64,000 nucleotides of DNA, taken from NCBI GenBank assembly GCA_004431415.1, contig QPMI01000461.1:1-64000 (forward strand), written 5' to 3'. Under the pieces are notes generated by a model. It did not search any database. It was not told where the DNA came from and was given only the letters and a program-made list of their open reading frames with translations. The translations under genes and the position numbers were made by a program. Shown here one piece after another: positions 1 to 11,529 of this stretch (its first letter is position 1; each line of letters opens with the position of its first letter). The DNA comes from Cyanophora paradoxa CCMP329 (Eukaryota > Plantae > Glaucophyta).

Positions 1-92
1 CTATTATATAGCCCGGGCCAGGACATTCGTTGCTAGGAGGGCTGGGACCTACCCAAACTGCCTTCCGAGTTCTAACTAGCCCCCCGGGGGAT

Positions 93-272
93 GGTGGAAT
101 GGGAAGGGGGGGTCTTGGCGGGGGGAGTCGGCACCAGGCAGGGTCGGGGGGGGGCCTTGGCGGGCGCTGGGGGGGTCGGGGGGGTGGAATGGGAAGGGGG
201 GATCTTGGCGGGGGGAGTCGGCACCAGGCAGGGTCGGGGGGGGCCTTGGCGGGCGCTGGGGGGGCGGGGGCC
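93..272. repeat. Two ~90-bp G-rich direct repeats followed by a poly-G tract
   Basis: GGTGGAATGGGAAGGGGG...GGCACCAGGCAGGGTCGGGG...CCTTGGCGGGCGCTGGGGG begins at 93 and again at 183; long G run at ~315-340. Confidence 0.85.
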
Positions 273-635
273 GCATGCCTGGGGGGGGATGGGGGGGGTA
301 CGCGGACCGGCTTCGGGGGGGGGGGGGGGGGGGGGGGGGGTTACGCGGGGCGCACAGGGCGGCCGGGGGGGTCTTGGGGCTGAGCCAGCGGGGGAACTTG
401 GGGCGGAGCTGACGGGGACCTTGGGCGGCGTGCCTGGCTTGCCTAGTGTGGGAGCAAGAGCTGATCATGAGGCCCGGGTCTGGGGCTCGTCATGAGTCAT
501 GATATGATCATAAGCCCCGGGCCTGGCTGCCCTGCCTGCTCCGATCGCAAGTCGTGGTCCGATGCCATGATGATCATTATCGATATCATTCATGAGCCCC
601 GGGCCCGGCTTCAATTTCCCCGGAGTCATGATTGC

Positions 636-2555
636 TCATTGTACACTAGCTATACGTAAGAATACTAGTCGATATCGTGGCGCGCGGCAAAAAATCCTGC
701 AGCAGCTGCTTGACGACGCTCTCGTAGCCCGGCTCTCGTGGCTCTCGCGAAATCGCAATGTGAAATTTCGCGGACGGTACTTTGTCGAGGCACACGTCCA
801 GTCCCTGTAGAGGGAAGTATAAATAAATGAACTTCTTTGCTTTGCTAAATAAATAAACTTCTTTGCTTCATAATGCATACGCCGGCGCCGCACCTGCAGC
901 GGCCCGATCTCTGCGACGGAGCGAATATTGCAGGACACATCCAGGGACTTCAGCTCTGTGCAGAGAGATATAGACTCTGCCTCCGACGCGCTGAGAGGCC
1001 GCCTGAGATAGAGGAACAATCCGCGCAGAGACGACTTGCACGTGCGGAGGAAGCGTGAAATAGCCTCATCATCCGCGGGGTGCATGTCTGTGCAGATCCG
1101 AGAGATCATCATCAGTGCGGGAATGACTGCACAGATCTAGAGCCGGTGCACCGTCTGCACCGCCTTCGGGGATTGCCAGATTTAATGTCAGTGAAGACAG
1201 CTTCGAGAACCTCGCAATGGCGGACTCGAGCGCTCCAAGCGCTCGACCATTGCACGCTTCACAACGTGAAGTCTCACACTCACATCTCGCAAGCTTGTCG
1301 ACTGGAATGCCGCCAGGTCGGCAGACTCCAGTTTGTCACTGCTCAGCTGCGTCACGCAGTTAGGGAGTTAGTGACGAGAGCATAACTTAGCTCATATGGA
1401 CGCGCACGTCGATACATATTTCCTCGAGGAAAGGAAATTTCGCGATGGAGTGTAGACCAGTGTTGTTGAGCGGAAAGAAAAATTTACTGCGTCGAGGAAT
1501 CGGCCGACCTGGGCTTTTTGGCAAACCGCACGCAGTTGCCAGAGCACTCACACGGGATCAGGATCGAGGACAATTGATCGCAGCGACTTTCCAGCAGGGC
1601 CAGCAGCTAGAGTCGAGAAGGCGTCGCCGATCTCTGAAGGGTCCGTGGGGAATCTTTCAGGGGTGAACCAGTTGATGACAACGTCACGCAGAGCTGATAA
1701 GGTCGCGAGGACTGCAAGCACGCTGCAGTCGTTTGCCGAGAAGTGGATAGACTGAAGGTTGGGGAGGCTGCTGGCGATCGCTGCTGCTGCTGTGCTGTCC
1801 AGGGGAAACGCGTTCGGCATCAGCTTGAGGGACCGAATACTGCTCAACGACTCCAAGGACGCTTGCAAGTCCTCAGCGGTTGCCTTTTGCCTCTGGTCAA
1901 TACGTAGGTTGACAAGGTCGCCCTTAGGGAGTATCCGAAAGAACTCGTACTCCAGCGTCTCTAGGCGAATGGCAAGCTTCTCCAGAGCGCTGCGCGCCGC
2001 ACGCTGCGGCCGGAGAGCTGCGAGGGTTGCCAGGATGAAAGCATGCACGACGCTGTCGAGGCTGTTGATGTGTTCTGCCAAGAAGCACACGTCTGCCTCT
2101 GCCACCTTGCCGTCCTTGTTGCAGGCCGCCAGCACGGCAGAGGCCAATGCGACAAAGCCGAAATTGCTCTCGCTCTGCGCATGCATTCCAACGGTGACCC
2201 GCGTATGCGCGCCGCAAGCGAGCTTGATCTTCTCGCTCCGGAGCAGCGACACGAGATGCTGAAACACGAAATCCTCATTCGACCGCAGCTCGATACAGTC
2301 CCACGCTGTGCCCTCGATCACGCTCCTCCAACGCCTGCGTGGCAGCGCGGGTTGGATCCGGAGGGTCCAAGTCGACTCGGCGAGCGAGCCTGGGACGCAC
2401 CTACACACTTCTCGAAGCGGCCAGGCTTGCACCAGCGAGACTGACTTGAAAACACTGCCAAGGACGCCGTCGGGCAGGTCGGAGATGGAACGAAGCACCG
2501 CGCCAGATTCCACTGGCGCTTCTGCACGTGCTCGCTTCGCTGAGCGTTCCGCCAT
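636..2555 (-). CDS. Multi-exon F-box-like/LRR-like protein; 3' end approximate
   Basis: ORF 1548-2555 has an F-box-like SISDLPDGVLGSVF and LRR-like segments (LSSIRSLKL, LPNLQSIHF, LSALRDVVI); ORF 636-1112 has similar segments (ELKSLDVSC) and is probably a later exon. Confidence 0.55.
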
Positions 2556-2678
2556 CGCTCGCGTGCTGCGAGCTGGGCGTGGCTGAGAGCCGTGTACCCT
2601 CCTTCCGTTGCAACTAGCCGCTCAGCGGTAGCTCGTGCGGTAGCGCGGTAGCGCGGTAGCGCAGCATTGCAACCGGCG

Positions 2679-4922
2679 ATGGATTGCGCGGCGAACGCCG
2701 CGCGAGACGCGCACGACTCGAAACGCGCGCGTGTGAACGAGGAGGAGAGCGATCCTGAACATGCGACTAATAGGGCTGCAGCGTTACAAGGTGCGTACTC
2801 TCACATCTTTGTGTTGCTTGGTTGCGAGCTTGGTTGCGCAGCTGCAGACACCCCAGGAGCAGACTTGCAGCTGGCGTCCGCTGCAGAAGCGGAGGTCCTT
2901 CAGCTTCATGATCAGCGGCTGCTGCAGTGGGCAGAGCAGCCGGTTGCACAAGACACGGCAGCCGCTTCAAACTTGCTCCAAGCTGCGGGCGCGGAGCCAG
3001 CGACAGAGAGGTGCCAGCGCTTGCGAACCACCCCCTTTCGGGCAAGCTGGCGCTGATGCTGAGCGATGCATCAGCGCAAACCGTGATCATGAGCAGGAGC
3101 ATGCGCATGCAGAGCAGCAACCCGCCCCCTTCGACCAGATGCCGGATAGCCTCCTCGTTCGCATCTTAGAGCTCGTCTACGATGATCTCTCCGAAGCGTG
3201 CAAACACCAGTTCTTCAGCATCAACAAACGCTTCACGCAGCTTCTCAAAGATAAGAACTGGCCTGTGCTCCGGCTGAACGGTTCCGATCTTGTGGAAATG
3301 GGGCCCGCAGCCAACGAGCTCCTCAGCGCAGTCAGAGCTCTGTTCAGAGAAAAGAAACTCGCGGGCTGCGAGAACGTCATCGTCAGCTCATTTTGGCATG
3401 ACCGGTTCGAGCAGTTCCCCGACATGCTCTACTCGCACCGAACAGAGAGGAAATTTGCATTCAAGCTATGCTTCAGTATTCTGAGGTCAATATTTGGTGC
3501 GCGAAATTTGCACAGACATCGCGACAATTGCATCAATTCCACTTCAAAAAACCGGTGTTCTAACTGGCCTCGAGCTCAGATGTGATCGAGGACGTGGCAA
3601 AGGCGAAGCTTCTGCGGAATTCTGTGCATGTCATTTTCGAGGGCTGGGACTACTGGGAGAAATGTGAACACGTGTTGTATGACGAAGTCAGCGAACAATT
3701 TGTCAGCACTCTAGATGTCGCACGCGCATTCACGAAGGCGCTGCGGAACTATCCAGAAGGCCGGTTATCAGTGACCGCATACGAACGCTTTGCCGCCATC
3801 TTTCTCCGTGCAGCCGCTGAGGTCAATTTGAAAGGGCTCCGCGAGTTGTCCATGGTACGATGCGAGCATGCGGGCCAGAGGACCATTGAGTTAACACCGC
3901 CTTTCCTGTCAGCTGATCAGGCGGTACGTATGCATCAGATGCACGTAATATCCCATCAGCGCAGATAGTGTTTACTGACATCGATATCTACTGCAGGACG
4001 CGATAGTCAAACTCTCCCCGCAACGCTTATCATGCACAGTTCGGGAGGACACAGCGCTCTCGACGCTCAATCCGGAAAGTGTGCGAGCGTTGATAGTTGC
4101 GTATAAAAGCACTGGGTCGACGGTCGAGCGTATCAGCACAATGGCTAACCTCGAAAGTCTCGAGATTCAGGTGCGATTCGGCATTGTTGTTCGGTGTTCG
4201 AGTTGCTTACTTCGGCAACGTCAGATCGGCTGCGAGACCCACTTCAAAATTTTGCGACCGCTCCCGATGCTTAAAAATGTTAGAATTCATATCGAAGTGC
4301 GTATCTGTGCATTCGTGCCGGGCCATCGTTCCACCCACAATTCAGCAGACGCGGAGTTATCCAGCAGAAGACGTGCACAGAGCAATCGGTGTATCTTTCG
4401 AAGAAATCCGAGCGAACTTGGAGCAACTCCCGGCGCTCGAACAATGTGATCTGCTTGTACGAGATCTAGGCACTCGCTACCATCAGAATGTAGAAAGCCG
4501 AACACTTCACCAAGACAGTTTTATGGCCCTCCTTCGGTCAATGCGAACGAAAGTTCGCCTGCTCAGCATCGAAGGCTTCTTTCCACATCCGGCAGAAATC
4601 TTGCGGGTTCGCTGTTTCACTCATTCAAATGCGATTCCGTGTTTCTGATCAATGAAAGAAGGCGCTGTTGGAGTCGGGTCCAAGACTGGCTCATGTTGAA
4701 CTTAACATCGCTGTGCGTACCAGAGTTGGTCTGGAGGAGCTTACGCAAGCCGTCAACATGCTCTGCGAACATCAAAATACGCTTTCTCGGCTTTATTGCT
4801 TTTGGAGAGTCGAAATACGAGGCGGCACGTCATTCCTGGCCCAGGGGCAATTCATAGATACCAACAAGGGTCTACGCGATTTTTTATCCTCTAATTCAAC
4901 TGCTTTTCTCCACGATCAATAA
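2679..4922 (+). CDS. Multi-exon F-box-like/LRR-like protein
   Basis: ATG at 2679 (MDCAANAARDAHDSKRAR), F-box-like FDQMPDSLLVRILELV, and LRR-like LKGLRELSM, NLESLEI, LPALEQCDL in successive ORFs separated by GT...AG introns. Confidence 0.6.
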
Positions 4923-5250
4923 AATGCAGCGAGGGAATTGGTGCAGTGTGCAGTATGTAAGATTATCGAGCTCGCTTGGCTAGCGCTACAATATGCCAAG
5001 TTACATACTCAGCTAGCTTTTGCTTGCTCGCAACAAATAATACAAAGACAAAGTCGCATGTTCGCACATGGGATCTCTTCTTACTTCATTCCTGACTTCC
5101 GCCCTCGGTCTTAAGCGACGATAGTGCCTGACGTTGCAGACTTAAGATTGACACATTCACGGTTTCGATTTCCCTCTCAAGATGGTTGAATTCGTCGAAT
5201 TCCCTTTTGATCTGTCGTGCACGCACGTGAACTGACAGACGTCGGCATGA

Positions 5251-5880
5251 CTATATAATCACCAAATCTGTCTTTACCATTCGCTTTTGACAGCATTCGA
5301 TCTCACAAATAACAGCATTCTTGAGGCTTTGAAATAGCTTTTCCAGTTGCTGAGAGTTTAACATGAGCACACACTCTTCGGAGGCGACCGGTTGGTTTAT
5401 ATCAGCGATCTCCTTTTCGATTACAGAACTGACCTGGAATTCGAGCATTTCAGAGAGTTGACCATCAGTGAGTGCGGGCCACGGCTCACATTAGCTGATA
5501 GCGCCATCACATCACTTCGAAGCTGCCGCATAATGTTCCGCTGGTTGTCGTGCTGTACATGCACTCGTTCGCACAGACGTCCGACGGTCAAGGAAAACTC
5601 ATCACTACTATTTGATTCGCACCATCAACTTGTGAAATGTGAAGGGAAGCCCGTACGTGAAATCAAGCGCGTGTTCAAACTGTTTCTAAAAGTGCGAGCG
5701 TTCAAACCGTGTTATGAAGAATACTTTTCGCCGAGTCGTAGATCTAGAGTGGAGTAGTGTTCGCACCAGGTGCTCACTGTTTAGCAAGCTTAAGGGCCTT
5801 TTTTCGCTGGAGTTCCCTGTGCCCGAAGTTTGCCTTTTGCTCGCACGCTCGCCATTGATCTCCTCCCGCGCCCGCTTCAC
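5251..5880 (-). CDS. Probable multi-exon hypothetical protein; boundaries uncertain
   Basis: Short minus-strand ORFs (KRAREEINGERASKRQ; LEFQVSSVIEKEIADIN) with intron-like spacing. Confidence 0.3.
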
Positions 5881-6559
5881 CGTCGTGCACTGCGCATGCG
5901 CATGCGTGGCCGGTTAGCTTAAGCCAGCAGCTTATCCGCTGGCCGCTGAGTGCGACGCACCTTATCTTCAGAGCTTTGATTCGACTGCGATACCAGGCCG
6001 GCCATGGGGTCTTCAAGCTGCGACATACTTAAAGCTTGTAATACGCGTTTCCGAGTAAAACGACGGCTTCCCGCGCAAATCCCGTAGCTCGTACCCCTTC
6101 CCCATTTAGAACCCCCTAACCGTATCCTTACCGTACCCCTCTGAGAAATTTCAAACTTGCGATGCAGCGTAGACGAAGGAAACGCTCGTGCGTCGTATTA
6201 ATATTGGCGTGGGTGCGTTTATCGTGCCTTGATTGTTGTCCTCTGCGCGCGCAGGGACGAGAGTCTGGATCTGGCCGCTGACTCTGGGAAGACACCAAAA
6301 CGTGCTGGGCCGACAAATGCGCAGCTGCAGTGCGCATGCACGTTGACGCGCATTCGCGGACCAAATCGGCTCACATAATGCAGGGAATCGGCTTGCAGTA
6401 TGGAGCCTGCGGGCGGGGATTCGAACCTACACATGGATCTACTAAAGACGTCGCCACCGGTACCAGAAGTAGATGAGCGGTACGCATATTCATTCGGAGG
6501 CAAAGCAAGCGAAAGAACCCCTCTCTAACATTCGCCGCACAGGCTCGAATCGACAAGAA

Positions 6560-8642
6560 AGGCAACCATAACGATAAATGATCTTCCAGACGATGCCATC
6601 GCCATAATTGCCAGCATGGTTCCTAATGAACGCCTCGAGTCCGTGCGAGCTCTGTGGAGTAGCAGCCGGCGCTTCTACAGGATTCTCGTGGAACAGGGCA
6701 ATGGCTTGAAGCGCGTCCGCACCGCGACCATCTTTCTTGACACAATTCCGGCTCTCCTGCTTGAAAGGGTGTGGATTCGCGCGAAGTGGATCCTAGAGCA
6801 TGGCGGTAGCATCAAATTCGCTTCCTCCAGCTTTGCCTCGGAATTATGGAAGCAGCCAAAGACGTTTAAGAAACTTGCAATCCTCCTGGACAGCATACAG
6901 CGTTTCTTTGAGAAGCCCAAGCGGTGCCTAGGAATCTGCACAGGGTGTGGTTCCGACGACCTTGAGGCCATTCATTTTGACTGGGTCCACCTTATCTTGA
7001 AGACGGCGCCTCGCCGTCTTATTCTGGACGACAAGGCAAGCGCAAGCCTTCGCGCACACCGTGAAACGGAGGAAATAGCCAGCATCGAGCCGTATCGAAC
7101 TCTGTTACCAACGCAGGTATTCGGGGGCCCGTTCAGTAAGTCCAAATTCGCTACGTATTCGTTTACGTAATCCATTCAGAACCAGAAGCTGACAAACAGT
7201 TTTTTCATAATTTGCAGCTTTCGTGACTGCGGGCCTGATGACACGTCATTTGGGACGGTCGAAGAGCTATGTGTCGACCAAGAAACCATCATGTTTCAAG
7301 AAGCTGCGGGTTCCTTCTCCTACTGGGCTTTCAGTGCCAAGAAAGTCATCATCAAAGGATGTCTAACAAGCGAAGGCCTAGAGCTGAAAACCCCAGGACT
7401 CTTTCGTCCAGCGCCCGCGTCCATGATTTTCAATGTGCACGACCTGCCACTATTTATATTCGAGCAGCCTGATTTGGATTGCAGATATCTGACGAGCCTC
7501 GGGACATCCAAAATGACTCGTCAATGGCCCCACCGCGGCCGGCATCTCTGGTATTGCATCATACGGCGGGGGAATGCACGGAGGAGCTCCATGTCGAATT
7601 CACAGCAACTCGCATCCGCCCAGCTTCGCATCCAGTCGTCCAGTTCTTCTGCTCTCCCGACTCGTGCTGTCTCAAACATATTTCGTTCATCAATTGCATC
7701 ATTAAGAGCGACAGCACGAATATAAATAAGATGGAACGGTATCTAAGCAATTTCACGCAAACGTTGCGCTTCACGCTGGAGGACGGGCGTGATTACGAGC
7801 AAATCTTATCAGCAGCGCGGAAGTGTCAATCTCTTATCACGCTGGACCTGGTGGCATGCACAGTTCCACATGCAACCGTGGCACAGCTCCGTAAATTATC
7901 ACCGAATCGTCTCGCGGAACTCGCAAAGACATTACGATTCAGCAGCCTTCGCGAGCTGATCCTTCCGCTTGCACCCTCTGACGCTCATGGAGCACAAGTC
8001 TTACGTGTCGAGCGCAACTGGCTGGTCACCTCCATCACGAAGATCGCTTCGCAGTGCTCATCTCTGGAAACCCTCCGCCTGGTTGGAGTGACTGGCTATG
8101 AACAGCGAACAGATGCAATGCGCGCAATCCCAGAATATGTTGCTCAGTGTGTGGTCGGGGCGTTCGAGAAGGCGCCATCCTTAGAAAAGCTGCATCTTGT
8201 AGATATCTACTTGCGCAACGAAGTTGTCTTCGACCGGGCACTTGGAGAGAGAATAAGGTGTATTGTTAACCTCCTCGCACAGCTACATGAGCTTAATAAG
8301 AAGGTTCGTCTGCACCTCTCTTTCGCAGACGTTCTTTTTTGCAGTTTCCAGATTTGTGGTGCCATAAATGAGCTTCCTGCTGCGCAGATGGCACTCATGA
8401 TTTCTGGTGCTCAAACCGATGTCAACTACGACGCAACGCGTGCCCTAGGAACACTCAACCAGCAATTGCAAGCGACGTCCTTCGACGTTCTTGAAACAGC
8501 GCTTGCGTCACTTCTCGATCATGTGCGCCAGAAGAACGCTCTGATCAAAGCACAGAGCGATAATGTCGACAATGAGATCAAGACGATAAAAAATCGTATC
8601 TTAGAGATGCAGTCCCTCTCGAAATGCATTATTATCGTGTAA
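6560..8642 (+). CDS. Multi-exon F-box-like/LRR-like protein with C-terminal coiled coil
   Basis: INDLPDDAIAIIASMV lies in frame just upstream of ORF 6616; LRR-like SLITLDL, SLRELIL, SLETLRL, SLEKLHL in ORF 7479-8642. Confidence 0.6.
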
Positions 8643-8747
8643 TCGATCATGCAATTGTCAATCATTTCAGCTAGACAGTCACTCGAAGTGAACAATTCAT
8701 ACATGAGAGCACGAACATGCAAACGCAATTCCAGCCACGGCCATGGG

Positions 8748-9383
8748 CTAGTCAAGCTCTATCACTGCGTCCGGATCCGCCAGGAAAGGTACATGCTCGA
8801 CGGCCGGATCAACTGTATTCCTCGTAATGTAAAACAGATCATCCGGGGATGGCCCCTGCGCCCTTGACGCCTGTGCACGCGCACCCGTGAATTCGCGAGA
8901 TCCGCAGCAGAAATCACCGTACGTATACGACGCAAAGATCGCTTGCACCAACGACTGGAAGGTTCGGCTTGCTGGGTCGTACCAATGCACCGCCAGAGTG
9001 CCGCGGTCATCCACATGCGTACTGCAGTGCAGCTCCAAGAACGCCAGGTCCAGTAGCTCGCTCTTCCACGCATTCGAGTCCGAAGCACGGATCGTGACTC
9101 GCACAGGCCCTGCGCATGCGCTGTTGAGATCACGGCACACTAGCAGAAGCAACGATGCAACCGGGCATGCACCTGTCATTGAAGTGACGCGTAGCGGGGC
9201 AGGCCGGCAGTCGCCGAGAACGCGCACCTCGACAGTTTTAGAGCTGCCCTCGTTCTCGGGCACCTGCTTCTTTGACGGGTCGGGCTCCGGCTCTGACTTC
9301 CGCTTTCTTGAAGCTTTGGTAGGCATTTTCTTCTGAGGAATCGATCCGTTGTACTTTCGCGCCTTTTGTTTTGTCTTCGCCAT
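8748..9383 (-). CDS. H3-tail-mimic / putative ubiquitin-like domain protein, copy A
   Basis: N-terminus MAKTKQKARKYNG...TKASRK versus H3 [12 protein letters not shown]...TKAARK; family core VEVRVLGDCRP...GPVRVTI...WYDPASRTF...GPSPDDLFY; GT-AG intron 9110-9172. Confidence 0.75.
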   Translation of the reverse strand: MAKTKQKARKYNGSIPQKKMPTKASRKRKSEPEPDPSKKQVPENEGSSKTVEVRVLGDCRPAPLRVTSMTGACPVASLLLLVCRDLNSACAGPVRVTIRASDSNAWKSELLDLAFLELHCSTHVDDRGTLAVHWYDPASRTFQSLVQAIFASYTYGDFCCGSREFTGARAQASRAQGPSPDDLFYITRNTVDPAVEHVPFLADPDAVIELD

Positions 9384-9875
9384 TAGAGCGAGCGCGCCTC
9401 GAAACTTCCGAGAGTCGCTAGATCCTGTCGGAAAACTGGAAACTGGGGAGTCGCGCTCCTCGAGCTCGCGCCGCGCTGCCTTGTGCAGACGCTAGATTGC
9501 TGGATCTTGGTCTCGTCCGGGACGGCCCGGACGGCCCGGGATGGGACTAGTGGGGGTACACGTGCGCTCAATGCCGCCAGCAAGTCTCGAAGCTTTCAGG
9601 CGGTGACCGGTGGTCGGAGATCGAGCTAGAGCGCGTAAAACAGCTAGCCGGAGGCTTAGCCATCGCCGGCAGCCTCGCTGACGTGGACTCGGGCGCCGCG
9701 TGGCCTGTCATGATCAACGGCGCTGAACGTTGAACGTTGATAGATATAGCCGTCGACTTCGGCATTCGTGAATGTGCACGCCCGCTTCGTGCTCTGCCTT
9801 TACAGTTCGCCGCTGGAACTCATGCGGGCTTGTTCCCCTGCAGGCCTAGGTCGTCCGTTCTCCGGATCCTCGCAG

Positions 9876-10651
9876 ATGGCCTCCGCGAAGGCAGCGAAGC
9901 GCCGGCGGGATATGCAATGTGATGATTCAGATCCGAAGCCCTCTCCTGTAGTTTTAAAGAAGCGCATACGGCGGCAAAGACAGCTGCAGTGTGGTGACCC
10001 AGAGCCCTCTTCTGAGTTGGAGGAGCTGGGCACAGTCAAGGCGCGGCCGAAGATCGTTAGCGCAGATCTAGTTCGGCATCAGCTCAGCTTCAGCTGCAGC
10101 CGGGATTTGTGGCTGTCATCGAGCGCAATCGAGAGCGCGCTCGTTTGCATCCGCGCGGCGGCGGCCAAGGAGGCAGTCACACAGAATTGGTTCATCGCAC
10201 ATCCGCTCGCCCTCCACGACGCTGAATCCTACATAGAAGCGTTACTCGAGCACTTGAATGGCACCAGCACACGCGCTCTCGTCCCCGTCAACAACCGACG
10301 ACACTGGACACTCTTGGTTATCGACGGCAAGGTCTGCAGATACTACGACAGCATTGGCGCGAAGGCTCCGCGCAAGCTCGCAAGAATTCTCTTGAAACAT
10401 GAAATTGACGTCATCCAATCGGTACAGCGAGCAGTGCAGCATGACGGCCATCAGGTTAGTGCTGTTTTCACTCCCGCCCGTGGCCAGTGGCAACGGCTGA
10501 CCACGCTCGCTAGTGCGGGATCTGGTTGCTGGACTTCGCAGAGCGCGAAATGCGAGGCAACCCTCTAGATCTAGATTTAGATGGAGACTACATAGAGCGC
10601 CGTAGGAGAGAATTTGAGGCGCTCGTGTTGCACTACAGCGCTGGCAATTAG
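9876..10651 (+). CDS. Ulp1/SENP-family (C48) cysteine protease, two exons
   Basis: LVPVNNRRHWTLLVID...YYDSIG...VQHDGHQ; removing a 59-nt GT-AG intron (10455-10513, with a CTGAC branch point) gives CGIWLLDFA, completing the H-D-Q-C catalytic set; stop at 10651. Confidence 0.85.
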
Positions 10652-10750
10652 GCGCTCCTGTTGTATCCGTGCCGCCGCGTATACGTATAATACATCCGCG
10701 TATTTTTGGCTACGAAATCCGGACTAGGGAAGGGATGCCGGCACTTGCAA

Positions 10751-11383
10751 CTATTCCTGATTGATCGCCAGGAAAGGTACATGCTCGACTTCCGGGATGA
10801 TATCCCTCCTCGCGACGTAATACAGATCTCCCGGGGATGGCCCCGGACTCGACGCCTGTGCACGCGCACCCGTGAATTCGCGAGATCCGCATCAGAAATC
10901 ACCGTAAGACGCAACAATCGCTTGCACCGGAAGCTCGAAGTACCAGCCTGCTTGGTCGTACCGAGATCGATACAGCACCAGCTCCTCGAGGTGCACATGC
11001 GTACTGCAGTGCAGCTCCTCGAACGCCAGGTCCAGTAGCTCGCTCTTCCACGCATTCGAGTCCGAAGCACGGATCGTGACTCGCACAGGCCCTGCGCATG
11101 CGCTGTTGAGTTCACGGCACACTGGCAGAGCAACGGTGAATCGGTGTACATTTGCACCTGTCATTGCAGTGACGCGTAGCGGGGCAGGCCGGCAGTCGCC
11201 GAGAATGTGTACGTCAACAAAGCTGCCTTCGTTCTCGGGCCGCGGTCGTGGCGCGTAAAGAGCATTCAGTGCTTCCGACTCCGCGACCTGCTCCGCTGTC
11301 GGCGGCCGCGGCCGCTGTGCGAGGTTCTTTCGAGGAGCTTTTCCGCCTGTAGACATACGCGCTCTCTCTTTCACTTTCGCCAT
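10751..11383 (-). CDS. H3-tail-mimic / putative ubiquitin-like domain protein, copy B, carrying K9M
   Basis: [22 protein letters not shown] aligns without gaps to H3 residues 1-21, with Met at position 9 (codon 11354-11356); same core and two introns as the paralogues; ends PEVEHVPFLAINQE*. Confidence 0.8.
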
Positions 11384-11529
11384 CCAGCAGCTTCGAGTTG
11401 TGGCAGCACTGCACGCCAAGCCGGCTTTTTTTGCCGGCCGCGGTAAGTTCGGCACTCCCCCCCTTCTCTTCCCCCCCCCTCCTTCCTCTATGACCGTGGC
11501 CTGAGTATGCACTGTGTGGAAGCTTCCCG

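Noticed and set aside
30-495. Gly- and Pro-rich ORFs at the window start
   Set aside because: Products of low-complexity G-rich repeats, open in several frames
6400-6485. tRNA-like T-loop (GGTTCGAATCC on the minus strand) followed by CCA
   Set aside because: No matching acceptor stem, D-arm or anticodon arm could be folded; at most an isolated B-box
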